Of a DNA stretch of 55,877 bases, positions 28,899-38,308 are shown piece after piece. Location of the stretch: positions 1 through 55,877 of the IMG/VR virus record IMGVR_UViG_3300031669_000035. The stretch is one strand, 5' to 3'. Source of the stretch: a virus. Taxonomy: Duplodnaviria > Caudoviricetes. The translations under genes were made by a program, and so were the position numbers. Numbering within the stretch: the stretch's first letter is position 1; every line of letters begins with the position of its first letter. Under the pieces are notes generated by a model. That model saw only the letters and a program-made list of their open reading frames with translations, was not told the origin of the DNA and ran no database searches.

Positions 28899-29168
28899 AT
28901 GATAACAAAAGAAAATTTGAAGTCCGTAATGGACGCAATAACAAAAGAAGATATTGAAAAAGTCTTTAATTCTAATGATGATTATTTAGCATTGCAATTA
29001 TACATTTTTAATGCTGGTTATGTTGTAGAATTAAATTCTATCGAGCCATGCACATACGATTCAGAAGAAATTGAGGCAAATGGAGGGCTAATAATAGATA
29101 AGGATGATTTTTTAAGGTTGTTTAAAGAGTCTGAAAGTATCAACCCTTTTTTAATTGAATTAATCTAA
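28899..29168 (+). CDS. early hypothetical protein, 89 aa
   Basis: First ORF of the early cluster. Confidence 0.7.
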   Translation: MITKENLKSVMDAITKEDIEKVFNSNDDYLALQLYIFNAGYVVELNSIEPCTYDSEEIEANGGLIIDKDDFLRLFKESESINPFLIELI

Positions 29169-29179
29169 AAATTAAAGCC

Positions 29180-29584
29180 ATGACAAAAGAAGAAAAATTA
29201 AAATACATTATTGACGAATTAAACACAACACCCAAAGAGGGAGTTTATAAGGCAAAGCAATGTATAAAAATTAAAAAGGACGCTTACACCGAAAAAATAG
29301 AAATGTTAGAGAAACTAACTTTTGAACAAATTAAAAAACACTCTTTTGTTAGTGAAGTTTTAAGCCTATCTGAGCGACTCGAAAAGGAAAGCTATATAAA
29401 CAGGCTAAAAAATAAAGTTAATCGTTTAGAGCGTCACGCATACGCTCCAGAAATGAACAAACTACACTTTAAAGATGGTAAAAGCGTGAATACACCGCAA
29501 AGAACAACCATTGAAGAGGCTATAAATTACTTTATTTTTAGTAACTCACTTTATCAAATAAAAAGAATATTATTAAACAACTAA
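29180..29584 (+). CDS. early hypothetical protein, 134 aa
   Basis: AGCCATG start. Confidence 0.7.
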   Translation: MTKEEKLKYIIDELNTTPKEGVYKAKQCIKIKKDAYTEKIEMLEKLTFEQIKKHSFVSEVLSLSERLEKESYINRLKNKVNRLERHAYAPEMNKLHFKDGKSVNTPQRTTIEEAINYFIFSNSLYQIKRILLNN

Positions 29585-29595
29585 ATTTTACAGCC

Positions 29596-29754
29596 ATGAC
29601 AAACAAATATCTATCTACAGCCGTATTAAAAGAAGTTAATACTATTGCACAACGTAAACAGCTACAAAAGAAAGTTAAACACGCTAATACTAAAGAGAGT
29701 TTCTTTTTCGGGTTGTTCTTATGTACTACATTACTATTAATATTTACACTCTAA
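29596..29754 (+). CDS. small membrane protein, 52 aa
   Basis: Not in track; CAGCCATG start; C-terminal FFFGLFLCTTLLLIFTL. Confidence 0.6.
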   Translation: MTNKYLSTAVLKEVNTIAQRKQLQKKVKHANTKESFFFGLFLCTTLLLIFTL

Positions 29755-29770
29755 CAAACCGCCCGAAACG

Positions 29771-29938
29771 ATGCAAAAAACAACTAAACTATACAATTTA
29801 ATTTGGATGCTTGACGGCAAACAAAAGGAAGTTATATTAATAAATAAACCTTATGCACTTTGTAAGTGGGAGCAACGCAAAAAAGAAAATACAACACATA
29901 AAACAGGTAAATTAATAATCTTACAATCTAATATTTAA
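29771..29938 (+). CDS. small early protein, 55 aa (MQKTTKLYNLIW...)
   Basis: Not in track; fills the gap in the operon. Confidence 0.55.
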   Translation: MQKTTKLYNLIWMLDGKQKEVILINKPYALCKWEQRKKENTTHKTGKLIILQSNI

Positions 29939-29942
29939 AGCC

Positions 29943-30602
29943 ATGAAAAACTTAAAAGCACAATTAAAAAGAGATGAAAAGCAAACATTTAAAAATAACA
30001 TTGAATCTTTAAATGATTTTAACACTATAGAAGAATTATTGAACCAATGGAGGTTTAAAGATATAATTCCAGTAAGTAGTAAAAACAAAAAATGGTCTTC
30101 AGCTAATGAGCTGAAAGAATACTTAAAAGCACGTTATAAAAAAAGATATGAAGCAAGAACTATTAAAGGGCTTGAGCGAATCGAGACAATAAAAAACTCA
30201 CTTGAAATTGAAAAAATTGTTATTACTGTAGACTGGAATAAAAGCCGCACATGGGGAAATAATGCACAGGCAGAAATAAAAGTTTTCTTAAAAAACGGAC
30301 TTTGCGAATACTTTAAAGGTTCAAGAACTTCGGGGTGTGGCTATGATAAAGAAAGCACTGCAATTTCAGATGCTTTAAACCAATGCAACGGACTATTAAA
30401 ATTATTATACAAAGTAAAAAACAAAGATGTAAATAAATCCAATAGAGATTTAATCGGTTATGGTTCTGGTTACGGACTTTTACCAAGTTTTGAGGGTGGC
30501 GTAGGTGTTTCATGTATGTATAGAATATGCGAATCAATAAACATGAAATTTAAAAACATTGCAAACGGTAAAAACTTTGATGTTTACGAAATAACGAAAT
30601 AG
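29943..30602 (+). CDS. early phage protein with GCGYDK motif, 219 aa
   Basis: W.KSRTWG.N, SGCGYDKESTA, FEGGVG motifs. Confidence 0.7.
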   Translation: MKNLKAQLKRDEKQTFKNNIESLNDFNTIEELLNQWRFKDIIPVSSKNKKWSSANELKEYLKARYKKRYEARTIKGLERIETIKNSLEIEKIVITVDWNKSRTWGNNAQAEIKVFLKNGLCEYFKGSRTSGCGYDKESTAISDALNQCNGLLKLLYKVKNKDVNKSNRDLIGYGSGYGLLPSFEGGVGVSCMYRICESINMKFKNIANGKNFDVYEITK

Positions 30603-30662
30603 TTAACTGATGAGCCTATAAAGGCGAAACAAAGAGACTTAAAACCTCTCTTTGTCTTAACT
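30601..30662 (+). ncRNA. type I hammerhead ribozyme
   Basis: AGTTAA-CTGATGA-GCCT(ATAA)AGGC-GAAA-CAAAGAG...CTCTTTG-TC-TTAACT; complete core, predicted cleavage after 30656. Confidence 0.9.
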
Positions 30663-30677
30663 TAAAAAATTAAAGCC

Positions 30678-31508
30678 ATGAAAAAAGTATTTAACAGTTC
30701 AAGCGATGTAATACATTTATTCGCACAAAGAGACCAAAACGAAGCAAGATGCAGCAACGTATTTTTTGATAATATAAATAAGATATACAGTTACGGACAT
30801 CATTATTTATTAGGGGAGTTTATAGACGATAATACTATAATGATTGACGATAGAGGGTATAGTGTTACAACCTCAAAGCATATAAATCAAATAAATTATG
30901 CTACACGCCAATACAAGCAATTTTATAAAAGTCAAACAGACATTGACACCGTATACGAATCAGTGTTGAGTAATAAAAAAGCTTTAATCAATGCAAGAAA
31001 GCCTGAAAAATATATTACACCTATTTTAAGCCTATTTGAGCGACTTAATGAGTATTTAACGTACACAAAGAATAAAACAGTTAAAAAGTCCGACAAATAC
31101 AAGGAAATTAAATCTATTGTAAAGGTTGTAAGTAATTTCGATGCTGACTTTCAAAAGAAAATGCAAGATACTGAAAAGAAAAGAATTTTAGCATTAAAAA
31201 GAAAGGAAGCAAAGCAGGTAAAAGAAAAGCTACAAAAGTTTAACAGCTATGAAGTAGATAGTATTTACATTGGTGGCGAAGACTTTTTAAGACTATCCAA
31301 AGACGGAACAAAGGTAGAAACGTCTCAAAGGGTATCAGTTAGCAGAGAGAATGCCAAAGCCTTGTATGAAATGATTAAAAGAGGTATCGATATTAAAGGG
31401 AAGCATATTGAAAACTATGTCGTAACAAGTATAAACGGCACTTTAAAAATAGGTTGTCATAACATTAATATTGATAGTGTACATGCTATTGGTAAACAGT
31501 TAACATAG
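30678..31508 (+). CDS. early phage protein, 276 aa
   Basis: IYSYGHHY, YSVTTSKH, VETSQ, IGCHNI motifs. Confidence 0.7.
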   Translation: MKKVFNSSSDVIHLFAQRDQNEARCSNVFFDNINKIYSYGHHYLLGEFIDDNTIMIDDRGYSVTTSKHINQINYATRQYKQFYKSQTDIDTVYESVLSNKKALINARKPEKYITPILSLFERLNEYLTYTKNKTVKKSDKYKEIKSIVKVVSNFDADFQKKMQDTEKKRILALKRKEAKQVKEKLQKFNSYEVDSIYIGGEDFLRLSKDGTKVETSQRVSVSRENAKALYEMIKRGIDIKGKHIENYVVTSINGTLKIGCHNINIDSVHAIGKQLT

Positions 31509-31566
31509 TAGGAATCATTTCTTTTATACTATCAAGTGAAGTATTTACTATCTAAATAAAACAGCC

Positions 31567-31857
31567 ATGAACATAAGAGAAACAAATTTTAATAAAGTTG
31601 CTCAGATGCAAATTGAAAGGTCGAAAATTGAAAGACTTCAAAAGGTTATTGATGAACTTTTTGACCTTAGTTTAACTATGCACTTAGACCCAAAGCAACA
31701 AATAAAAATTGAGGCTTCTATTAAGCGAACTGAGGAACTTTATGAGGAACAATACAACTTTGTTAAGGCTATAGAAAAAAAGGTTCTTAAAGAAGACTTT
31801 GAAAAAAGAAACGGTAATAAATACACCGATAGAGACAACATAATTAAACTTAAATAA
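31567..31857 (+). CDS. early hypothetical protein, 96 aa
   Basis: CAGCCATG start. Confidence 0.65.
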   Translation: MNIRETNFNKVAQMQIERSKIERLQKVIDELFDLSLTMHLDPKQQIKIEASIKRTEELYEEQYNFVKAIEKKVLKEDFEKRNGNKYTDRDNIIKLK

Positions 31858-31864
31858 AACAGCC

Positions 31865-32347
31865 ATGACAACTACAGAAATATTAAGCAAAAGATTTACT
31901 AATCTTAGAGACGATGTAGTAAAAGAAATAAAACAAATATCTTCAGGTAATACATTTGAAATAGAAATGAACCTTTACAACATGGAAGGTCAAGGGCTTA
32001 TTTATATCGTAAAAGATGGAGAGATTGCAGAGAAGCAAAGCGATGAAGATGGAGACAATGTTTATATTGAGTTTTACGAAGTAAGCTTAGATGATTTAGT
32101 ATTCATTCTTGAAGCAATAACCGAAGAGAAAACATGTAACTATTTCTCAATAAACGGCTACTGGAAAGACGACAAGTCAGAATTTGAAAACCTAATTGTA
32201 AAAGAGTTTGATGAAATAGACGAAGAAACAGACGAGCTTGTTTTTTACTATGGATTATCTGAAAAAGACATTCAAGAAGCTATAGAGCTGAAAGAAGAAA
32301 CAGCTCATGATTTTGTAATAACATCATACGAACCAACTAATATTTAA
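31865..32347 (+). CDS. very acidic early protein, 160 aa
   Basis: CAGCCATG start; D/E-rich. Confidence 0.65.
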   Translation: MTTTEILSKRFTNLRDDVVKEIKQISSGNTFEIEMNLYNMEGQGLIYIVKDGEIAEKQSDEDGDNVYIEFYEVSLDDLVFILEAITEEKTCNYFSINGYWKDDKSEFENLIVKEFDEIDEETDELVFYYGLSEKDIQEAIELKEETAHDFVITSYEPTNI

Positions 32348-32352
32348 AAGCT

Positions 32353-32682
32353 ATGAAAAACTTAACGGAAGAATTTAAAAACTATAGACTTATCCATAAT
32401 TTCAGACATGAAGAACCATTAAAAGCATGGGTAAACGAAGGTAATTTTAATGACATCTACAAAGAGGATTGGAACGCCTTAATGGAAGTGGTAGATATTA
32501 TAGAAAATTTAGGATTCCCTGTTACAATATTTATTGAGGGTATACAAATAACAGATGCAAGAAATGGAGAAAATATTATTTGTATAAACGGAGAAAACAA
32601 CTCAGGAACCAACAATAAAAGATTAGATTGCTACAACGGTATTGTAGAATTTATTAAATGGTATAATAAATATAAAAAATAA
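32353..32682 (+). CDS. early hypothetical protein, 109 aa
   Basis: DWNALMEVVDIIE...VEFIKWYN. Confidence 0.7.
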   Translation: MKNLTEEFKNYRLIHNFRHEEPLKAWVNEGNFNDIYKEDWNALMEVVDIIENLGFPVTIFIEGIQITDARNGENIICINGENNSGTNNKRLDCYNGIVEFIKWYNKYKK

Positions 32683-32690
32683 TCAAATAA

Positions 32691-32764
32691 AATTCTCATG
32701 GCTGAGATAAGAAACAGGCTTTTAAGCTTGTTTCTTCCCTTCGGGGTAACTTAGCTATAGAATT
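32691..32764 (+). ncRNA. intergenic three-way-junction RNA element
   Basis: ATGGCTGAG/CTTAGCTAT, AAGAAACAGGC/GCTTGTTTCTT, CCC-TTCG-GGG. Confidence 0.5.
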
Positions 32765-32799
32765 AATATTAACCGCCCATAAGGGCTAAAAAAACAGCC

Positions 32800-33063
32800 A
32801 TGACAAACAAACATACAAAAGGGGAATGGATTACTTACGAAGGACAAATCTACCCACAAGAAACAGGAAAAACACTTGCCTTAATTCCTTACTTTGATAA
32901 AGATGATGAAGAGCAAGAAGCAAACGCCAAACTTATAGCAGCAGCTCCAGAGTTATTAGAGGCTTTAAATAACCTAATACTTGCAAACACACATAACAAA
33001 GGAGAGTCTATTATGAAAAGAATAGATGAAGGAATTGAAGCAATTAAAAAAGCAACGGAATAA
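32800..33063 (+). CDS. small phage protein, 87 aa
   Basis: KHTKGEW...ANAKLIAAAPELLEAL motif common in phage accessory genes. Confidence 0.75.
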   Translation: MTNKHTKGEWITYEGQIYPQETGKTLALIPYFDKDDEEQEANAKLIAAAPELLEALNNLILANTHNKGESIMKRIDEGIEAIKKATE

Positions 33064-33095
33064 CAAGTGTATTATCTAAAATAAAACTATAAGCC

Positions 33096-33905
33096 ATGAA
33101 AAAATATATTATAATAGAAACTTGGAACGGTGAAGGGTACACCGACTCAGACGCAAAAGTAATGGAGTTTAAAGACAATGTACACGCTATGATGTATTGT
33201 AACTCAAAGTCTAAAGAATTAAATGGAGTATCTGAGTTAATAGATAATGCTTTTTTCTATGAAGACGAAAAGAAAGAAAACTCAGGAGCATACTATTTTG
33301 AACCATACACAGACGACATTATAGGAGTTATTCTTAATCCTTGTATAAATGATTACGAAATAATAAGAAGCGTTAAGGAATGGGATAAGGCTATTGTTTA
33401 CGCCTTAATGAAAGGAGATAGAGACGATTTAGATTCTGATGAATGGGGATTCTTTAACGATAGAACAAGCGACAGAGTTTACATTCATTCAGGAAGCGAA
33501 AGTGGAGATGCTTTGTTTATTGATTTGCAACCAACACAAGAAGAAGACGAGCAAGATAAAGATGCTATCATTAAACTCTTAGTTGATAGGTTAAACGCTT
33601 GTCATACTGCTATGGATTCAGCTACTGACGATATGAGTGAGTTTAATCTTACTGATATGAATGCTTACAATGACCTTTTAGGAGAATTAGTACCTAATGA
33701 GGAGCTTCTTAAATCTATCGAGGAGAAAACAAAGATAAATCTATCCTCCCAAGATTTCATAGTTCAGGAACTTACTCTTATTAGAGATAGAAATGAATCA
33801 CTTAAACAAGCTTTGATAGATTGCAGACAAGCTATGCTTGATACTGGTAGGTTTAATAAAAATAGTATTCAGATTATTAGTATAGATTTAGAACTAAATA
33901 AATAG
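33096..33905 (+). CDS. acidic early hypothetical protein, 269 aa
   Basis: AGCCATG start. Confidence 0.65.
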   Translation: MKKYIIIETWNGEGYTDSDAKVMEFKDNVHAMMYCNSKSKELNGVSELIDNAFFYEDEKKENSGAYYFEPYTDDIIGVILNPCINDYEIIRSVKEWDKAIVYALMKGDRDDLDSDEWGFFNDRTSDRVYIHSGSESGDALFIDLQPTQEEDEQDKDAIIKLLVDRLNACHTAMDSATDDMSEFNLTDMNAYNDLLGELVPNEELLKSIEEKTKINLSSQDFIVQELTLIRDRNESLKQALIDCRQAMLDTGRFNKNSIQIISIDLELNK

Positions 33906-33907
33906 AT

Positions 33908-34099
33908 ATGCAAAACAAATACAACGACCCAAGGATAACAGACTCCAAAAAGAAAGGAGTTTGTTTAGAAACAGGAAAAGAAATAAATAAATTCGATAGA
34001 ATTCTTCTTGACCCTAACGGTATGAAAACTTACTGTAAAGACAGTAAAAAGTTTAAAGAGTTCGCTCAAGCTAACGCACCAAAATTAGATGGAAACTAA
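33908..34099 (+). CDS. small protein, 63 aa
   Basis: GVCLETGKEI...YC. Confidence 0.6.
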   Translation: MQNKYNDPRITDSKKKGVCLETGKEINKFDRILLDPNGMKTYCKDSKKFKEFAQANAPKLDGN

Positions 34100-34376
34100 A
34101 AAAATAGACGTAGTTACCCTTATCATAAGAGAAAAAATCCTTCTTGAAGAGCAAGACCACGTTCTTCTATTTAAATCACTCAGGAAAAATCCTTTTATGA
34201 TACCAAAGAAATGTATCTATAATTTTGAAAAAGTCATAACATGGTTCCCTCATTGGAAAGGTAGGTATCAAGATAAGGCTTTTAAGTTTCAAATACCACT
34301 ATGGTTATACGACAAGAAAAAGGAGGAGATTCCAGCCTTGTTAGATAATATCATAGTGGAAAATACTCACGTTTAA
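34089..34376 (+). CDS. hypothetical protein, 95 aa
   Basis: ORF in operon. Confidence 0.6.
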   Translation: METKKIDVVTLIIREKILLEEQDHVLLFKSLRKNPFMIPKKCIYNFEKVITWFPHWKGRYQDKAFKFQIPLWLYDKKKEEIPALLDNIIVENTHV

Positions 34377-34385
34377 ATCACTATT

Positions 34386-34796
34386 ATGAAACACGAAAGA
34401 GAATGGAAGAGGGTTAACTTCTTAGGTTTGTATGATTACGAAATATCAACCGATGGAGGTATAAGAACTAATAATGGACTTAGATACATCCCTACCTCTA
34501 TGGATGAAGAAGGATATAAAACTGTGATGTTAAACTATAGAGGTAGAAGAAAGAAGTTTTATATCCATAAGCTTCTTTATGATACTTTTAAAATAGTATC
34601 TAATGAAATGCCACTTGTAAGAATGGAACCACCACCATCACACTCTATGCTTAGTGATAATGAAGAAGACTATGGCAAAGGAGCTAATAGTAGACATTGG
34701 ATAGAGCTTAAGGAAGAAATAAAGAGGGTTGAAATATTACGCTTCAAAGCAGATCAAAACGAAAAAAGGAAGGACTCTAATTTAGAATCGTTCTAA
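34386..34796 (+). CDS. NUMOD4-domain protein, 136 aa
   Basis: EWKRV..LGLYDYEISTDGGIR...GYKTVML...YIHKL; no clear HNH catalytic motif. Confidence 0.6.
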   Translation: MKHEREWKRVNFLGLYDYEISTDGGIRTNNGLRYIPTSMDEEGYKTVMLNYRGRRKKFYIHKLLYDTFKIVSNEMPLVRMEPPPSHSMLSDNEEDYGKGANSRHWIELKEEIKRVEILRFKADQNEKRKDSNLESF

Positions 34797-34824
34797 ACAA
34801 AAAAATCTATAAATTTACAGAATC

Positions 34825-35190
34825 ATGGAATTATATGAAGATTTAGTAGCTCAATTTAAGAGAGAAAGAAAAAGACAAGGATTGTCTCAGCCTGATATCG
34901 CCTCAAGGTGTGATGTTAGTATTCATACTATATCAAGAATGGAGTCAGGAGCAAATATACCATCAATGAAAGCTTTTGTAGAAGCTTGTAGGGGAATGAA
35001 ATGTATCGTTGCTGTTATTCATGTTCCTGATGGAACGGATGTATCTAAAGCAAGGAAAGTTACTTTAGATATAGCTGGAGATGATGATGATGACTTTCAG
35101 TTATTCCCCGAAAGAAAACCTAAAGAAGATAATTTCGATGGAGATTATGATAATTGGGATGATAGTAAAGATAATATTAAGGAGGATTAG
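34825..35190 (+). CDS. XRE-family HTH protein with acidic tail, 121 aa
   Basis: RKRQGLSQPDIASRCDVSIHTISRMESG. Confidence 0.8.
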   Translation: MELYEDLVAQFKRERKRQGLSQPDIASRCDVSIHTISRMESGANIPSMKAFVEACRGMKCIVAVIHVPDGTDVSKARKVTLDIAGDDDDDFQLFPERKPKEDNFDGDYDNWDDSKDNIKED

Positions 35191-35192
35191 TT

Positions 35193-35564
35193 ATGATTCC
35201 AGGATTTGAAGAATTTACAGAAGATGTAAAAGAAGAAGATATAAAAAACATCAATCTTATCGCTAAAGGCTTAACCCCAAGGGTAGGGATAAAGAATGCC
35301 ATCACAAATACAGACATGAGAGCTTTACTTTATCTTAATTGTGGTATAAATATCAGTGACGCAAAGTTAAGGCGATATATCCAGCATATTAGAGCCCATA
35401 GACTTGTTTCTATGTTGTGTGCAAGCAAGAAAGGTTACTATGTAGCTACAACTGTAGAGGATTGGATTAAGTATCGTGAAGGGTTTAGGTCAAGAGTAAG
35501 AAGCATGTCATTCACGCTTGCTTGTATGGACTTAGATGAAGTAGAAAATAATGTTTTAAAATAA
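35193..35564 (+). CDS. putative winged-HTH protein, 123 aa
   Basis: ISDAKLRRYIQHIR...CASKKGYYVA. Confidence 0.55.
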   Translation: MIPGFEEFTEDVKEEDIKNINLIAKGLTPRVGIKNAITNTDMRALLYLNCGINISDAKLRRYIQHIRAHRLVSMLCASKKGYYVATTVEDWIKYREGFRSRVRSMSFTLACMDLDEVENNVLK

Positions 35565-35596
35565 ATCAATCAATTAATAACTAAAACCTAATTAAA

Positions 35597-35914
35597 ATGA
35601 AACGATGGACCACTACCCAAATGCTTGCTAACGAGATAGCTTCATTAGATAAGTCTAATAATAGTTCAAAAGAACTTAATATTAGTCAATGTAATAACAT
35701 TGCTAAGACAGTAAGAAACCTTTATGCTAACGGAGGAAAACAATTAGTACTTAATCATACTACAGAAACACTTCCTTCATGGCCGTATGATAGCAATGGA
35801 CTTACAATGGAGCAAAAAGATAGAGTAGATGTAATTCTAAGAAAATTATTTAGATTCCATGCCTTCCCTTTTAGTAGAATTGCTTGTAACATGATCAGAA
35901 TTGCTAAAAAATAA
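35597..35914 (+). CDS. hypothetical protein, 105 aa
   Basis: ORF in operon. Confidence 0.6.
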   Translation: MKRWTTTQMLANEIASLDKSNNSSKELNISQCNNIAKTVRNLYANGGKQLVLNHTTETLPSWPYDSNGLTMEQKDRVDVILRKLFRFHAFPFSRIACNMIRIAKK

Positions 35915-35916
35915 CT

Positions 35917-36438
35917 ATGGCTAAAGTATGTAATAGTGAAGGATGTAATAATCCAGTATTCTCTAAGGGATATTGTAAGTATCATCAGAACCAAAGGACC
36001 GATGATAAATGGATAACATCATTAGCAAAAAGAAACAATCCTAAAGTAAATTCAATAAAGAAAAAAGTTTTGCCTACACCTAAAATATATTCTGGAATTA
36101 ATGACCTGAATGCTAAAGGTGAGGCTGAACTTTTTAAGAAAATATGGGATAGTAGAGGTCATGTAAGTTTCTTGTCTAGCAAGCTTATAACAGAAAGAGA
36201 AGGCTCTCCTTTTTGGTTTAGCATCTTTGCTCATGTTCTTGCTAAAGGGAAAGCTAAATACCCTAAGTTTAAGATGTATAGCAAGAACATTATTATTCTT
36301 ACGCCTACAGAGCACTTTCTATTGGACCACTGCTCTGAAGATGAAAGACAAAAATACGCAAGCAGGAACAACTGTAGCTGGGATAAGGTTTACGAGTTAA
36401 GAGAAGAGTTAAAAAGAGAATATGAATTAACAACCTAA
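35917..36438 (+). CDS. Zn-finger / HNH-like (NinG-like) nuclease, 173 aa
   Basis: C..EGC...GYCKYH; FAHVLAKG...NIIILT..EH. Confidence 0.5.
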   Translation: MAKVCNSEGCNNPVFSKGYCKYHQNQRTDDKWITSLAKRNNPKVNSIKKKVLPTPKIYSGINDLNAKGEAELFKKIWDSRGHVSFLSSKLITEREGSPFWFSIFAHVLAKGKAKYPKFKMYSKNIIILTPTEHFLLDHCSEDERQKYASRNNCSWDKVYELREELKREYELTT

Positions 36439-36508
36439 AAAATAGTTCTTTAAAATAATTGAAATAGTATCAAATAAATGCTTAAATTTGAAATGTAGAT
36501 TACTAATA

Positions 36509-36733
36509 TTTAGCGGTATTAGGACAGGTTTGTTAGGCGGCTTTCTACATTTCATCTTTAGCTTAGCAGACATACAACGCCTAACAGCAGTTGATTATTC
36601 GGAACTGCAATAACAAAAAAGATACTAAACGTTAGGTTAGAGTATAATTAGATACTGGTTTAAAAGTGTATGCAATGTTTTACCGACAACATACGACCTG
36701 CAAATTAGATAGAACCTAACCAGTACCGCTAAA
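36509..36733 (+). ncRNA. putative multi-branch ncRNA (~225 nt)
   Basis: Closing stem TTTAGCGGTAT/GTACCGCTAAA with three internal stems; TAAATTTG box at 36483-36490. Confidence 0.5.
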
Positions 36734-36865
36734 GAGTTTTTATAGAAATATAGAAGCCACTCAAAGAGTCAGGGATGCGAATGCTAATTATGCTTAGTTA
36801 AATTAAAATTTTAACAAATTCTACTTGCAGGGATATAAGGTTTACTATGATATAAATTGAAAAAA

Positions 36866-37351
36866 ATGAAAAAAAGAAGTCAAAAACCTGTAGAAGTTTA
36901 TTGTGATGGCTCCGCTGCTATGAGTGATTCTCGTAATCCAGGTGGATATGGAATTGTCCTATTATTTGGCTCTAAGAAGAAGGAAATAAAAAGCAAAGCC
37001 TATCATGGAACATCTATATCAAGGATGGAGATGAAGGCTATAATCCATGCATTAGAACACCTTAAACCTGGGTATGACTTATATGTGTATTCAGACAGTA
37101 AGATGGCTATAGACAGCATAAATAGAAGGCTATCAAGATGGATAGAGTTTGGTGTTCTTGAAGAGAAAACAAACGCTGATTTATGGAAGAGATTTCTTAA
37201 AGCTAAAAGAACACATATTGAAGGGGGGAGCACACTATTATTCTCATGGATTAGAGGTCATTCAGGTAGTAAGTACAATGAGATGGCTGACGCATTAGCA
37301 GGGAAAGCTGCAAGAGGTAATCATAAAGTTAAATGTTCAACTAATAATTAG
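36866..37351 (+). CDS. rnhA: ribonuclease HI
   Basis: YCDGS, GGYG, MEMKA, YSDS, NADLW, WIRGHSG..YNEMADALA. Confidence 0.92.
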   Translation: MKKRSQKPVEVYCDGSAAMSDSRNPGGYGIVLLFGSKKKEIKSKAYHGTSISRMEMKAIIHALEHLKPGYDLYVYSDSKMAIDSINRRLSRWIEFGVLEEKTNADLWKRFLKAKRTHIEGGSTLLFSWIRGHSGSKYNEMADALAGKAARGNHKVKCSTNN

Positions 37352-37356
37352 AAGAC

Positions 37357-37833
37357 ATGAAAGATAAATATTACACACCAGAAATAGAAGAGTTACATAT
37401 TGGGCTTGAATATAAGGTTGGACATTTTGAGTTGATATGTACAAGTGTTAATACAGACACTATTAGTGGTTCAACATACAAAGTTTCTATAAAAGATAGG
37501 GTTAACCATACCTTCAGTAATAGATTGGCTACTGTTAAACACCTCGACAGAGAAGATATAGAGAGTGTTGAAATTAATGGAGAAAAATTTATACATGATT
37601 TTAATCTTGATGGTGAAGAGCATCCCAGTTTATTCAACGAACATGGATATTCAAAAGGTTATGCCCTTGATACACAACTAAAAGATGATAAGCTAATATT
37701 GCTGTATCATTTTCCTGATGGATATGTTGTTATAGATTTAGTATATAATTGTGGTTCATCACCTCATTCATTTTCTGGTATTATAAATAACAAAAGCGAG
37801 CTTAAACGAATTTTAAAACAAATAGGGGTATGA
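37357..37833 (+). CDS. hypothetical protein, 158 aa
   Basis: KYYTPEIEE.H.G.EY...NKSELKRILKQ. Confidence 0.65.
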   Translation: MKDKYYTPEIEELHIGLEYKVGHFELICTSVNTDTISGSTYKVSIKDRVNHTFSNRLATVKHLDREDIESVEINGEKFIHDFNLDGEEHPSLFNEHGYSKGYALDTQLKDDKLILLYHFPDGYVVIDLVYNCGSSPHSFSGIINNKSELKRILKQIGV

Positions 37834-38249
37834 TAAACACATACATATACAACAAAGAGAAAAAGACTTTAGGATTTATATTCTATCTTTTCGAAAATAA
37901 TCAATTTGTAAACGACTATGACACCTACGAGTCTGTTGTTGATATGGATGTTTATTACAGAACCTCTAAGTCAGATATCTTAGGTATTAATTTAGAGCGA
38001 TTTATAAGCTATTGTAACGATAGTATTGATTCAGATACTATTCTTATTAAGGAAGCCACAGAAATGCTTAATAAGGCTGCCCTGTGGAGATCAAAACATA
38101 GAGAGAAGTATAAGGATTTTTTGGAGATGATGCTTCGAGCTAAAACAAGGATGAGAGATCTTGTTAATGCAACAGATGGTCCAGAGAGAATTAAAGCTTA
38201 CATGATGTATAAAGTTATGCTTGATTTTATTAAGATGGAATTGAATTAA
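37830..38249 (+). CDS. hypothetical protein, 139 aa
   Basis: Stop is the TAA of the first TAAC of array 2. Confidence 0.6.
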   Translation: MINTYIYNKEKKTLGFIFYLFENNQFVNDYDTYESVVDMDVYYRTSKSDILGINLERFISYCNDSIDSDTILIKEATEMLNKAALWRSKHREKYKDFLEMMLRAKTRMRDLVNATDGPERIKAYMMYKVMLDFIKMELN

Positions 38250-38308
38250 CGGTTTGTGTATGACCAGTAGCGGAATACAAATAACAAAACAATTTAATAC
38301 AGATAAAC

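Noticed and set aside
36509-37351. Retron or DGR (ncRNA next to RNase H)
   Set aside because: No reverse transcriptase and no TR/VR repeat pair seen in the window.
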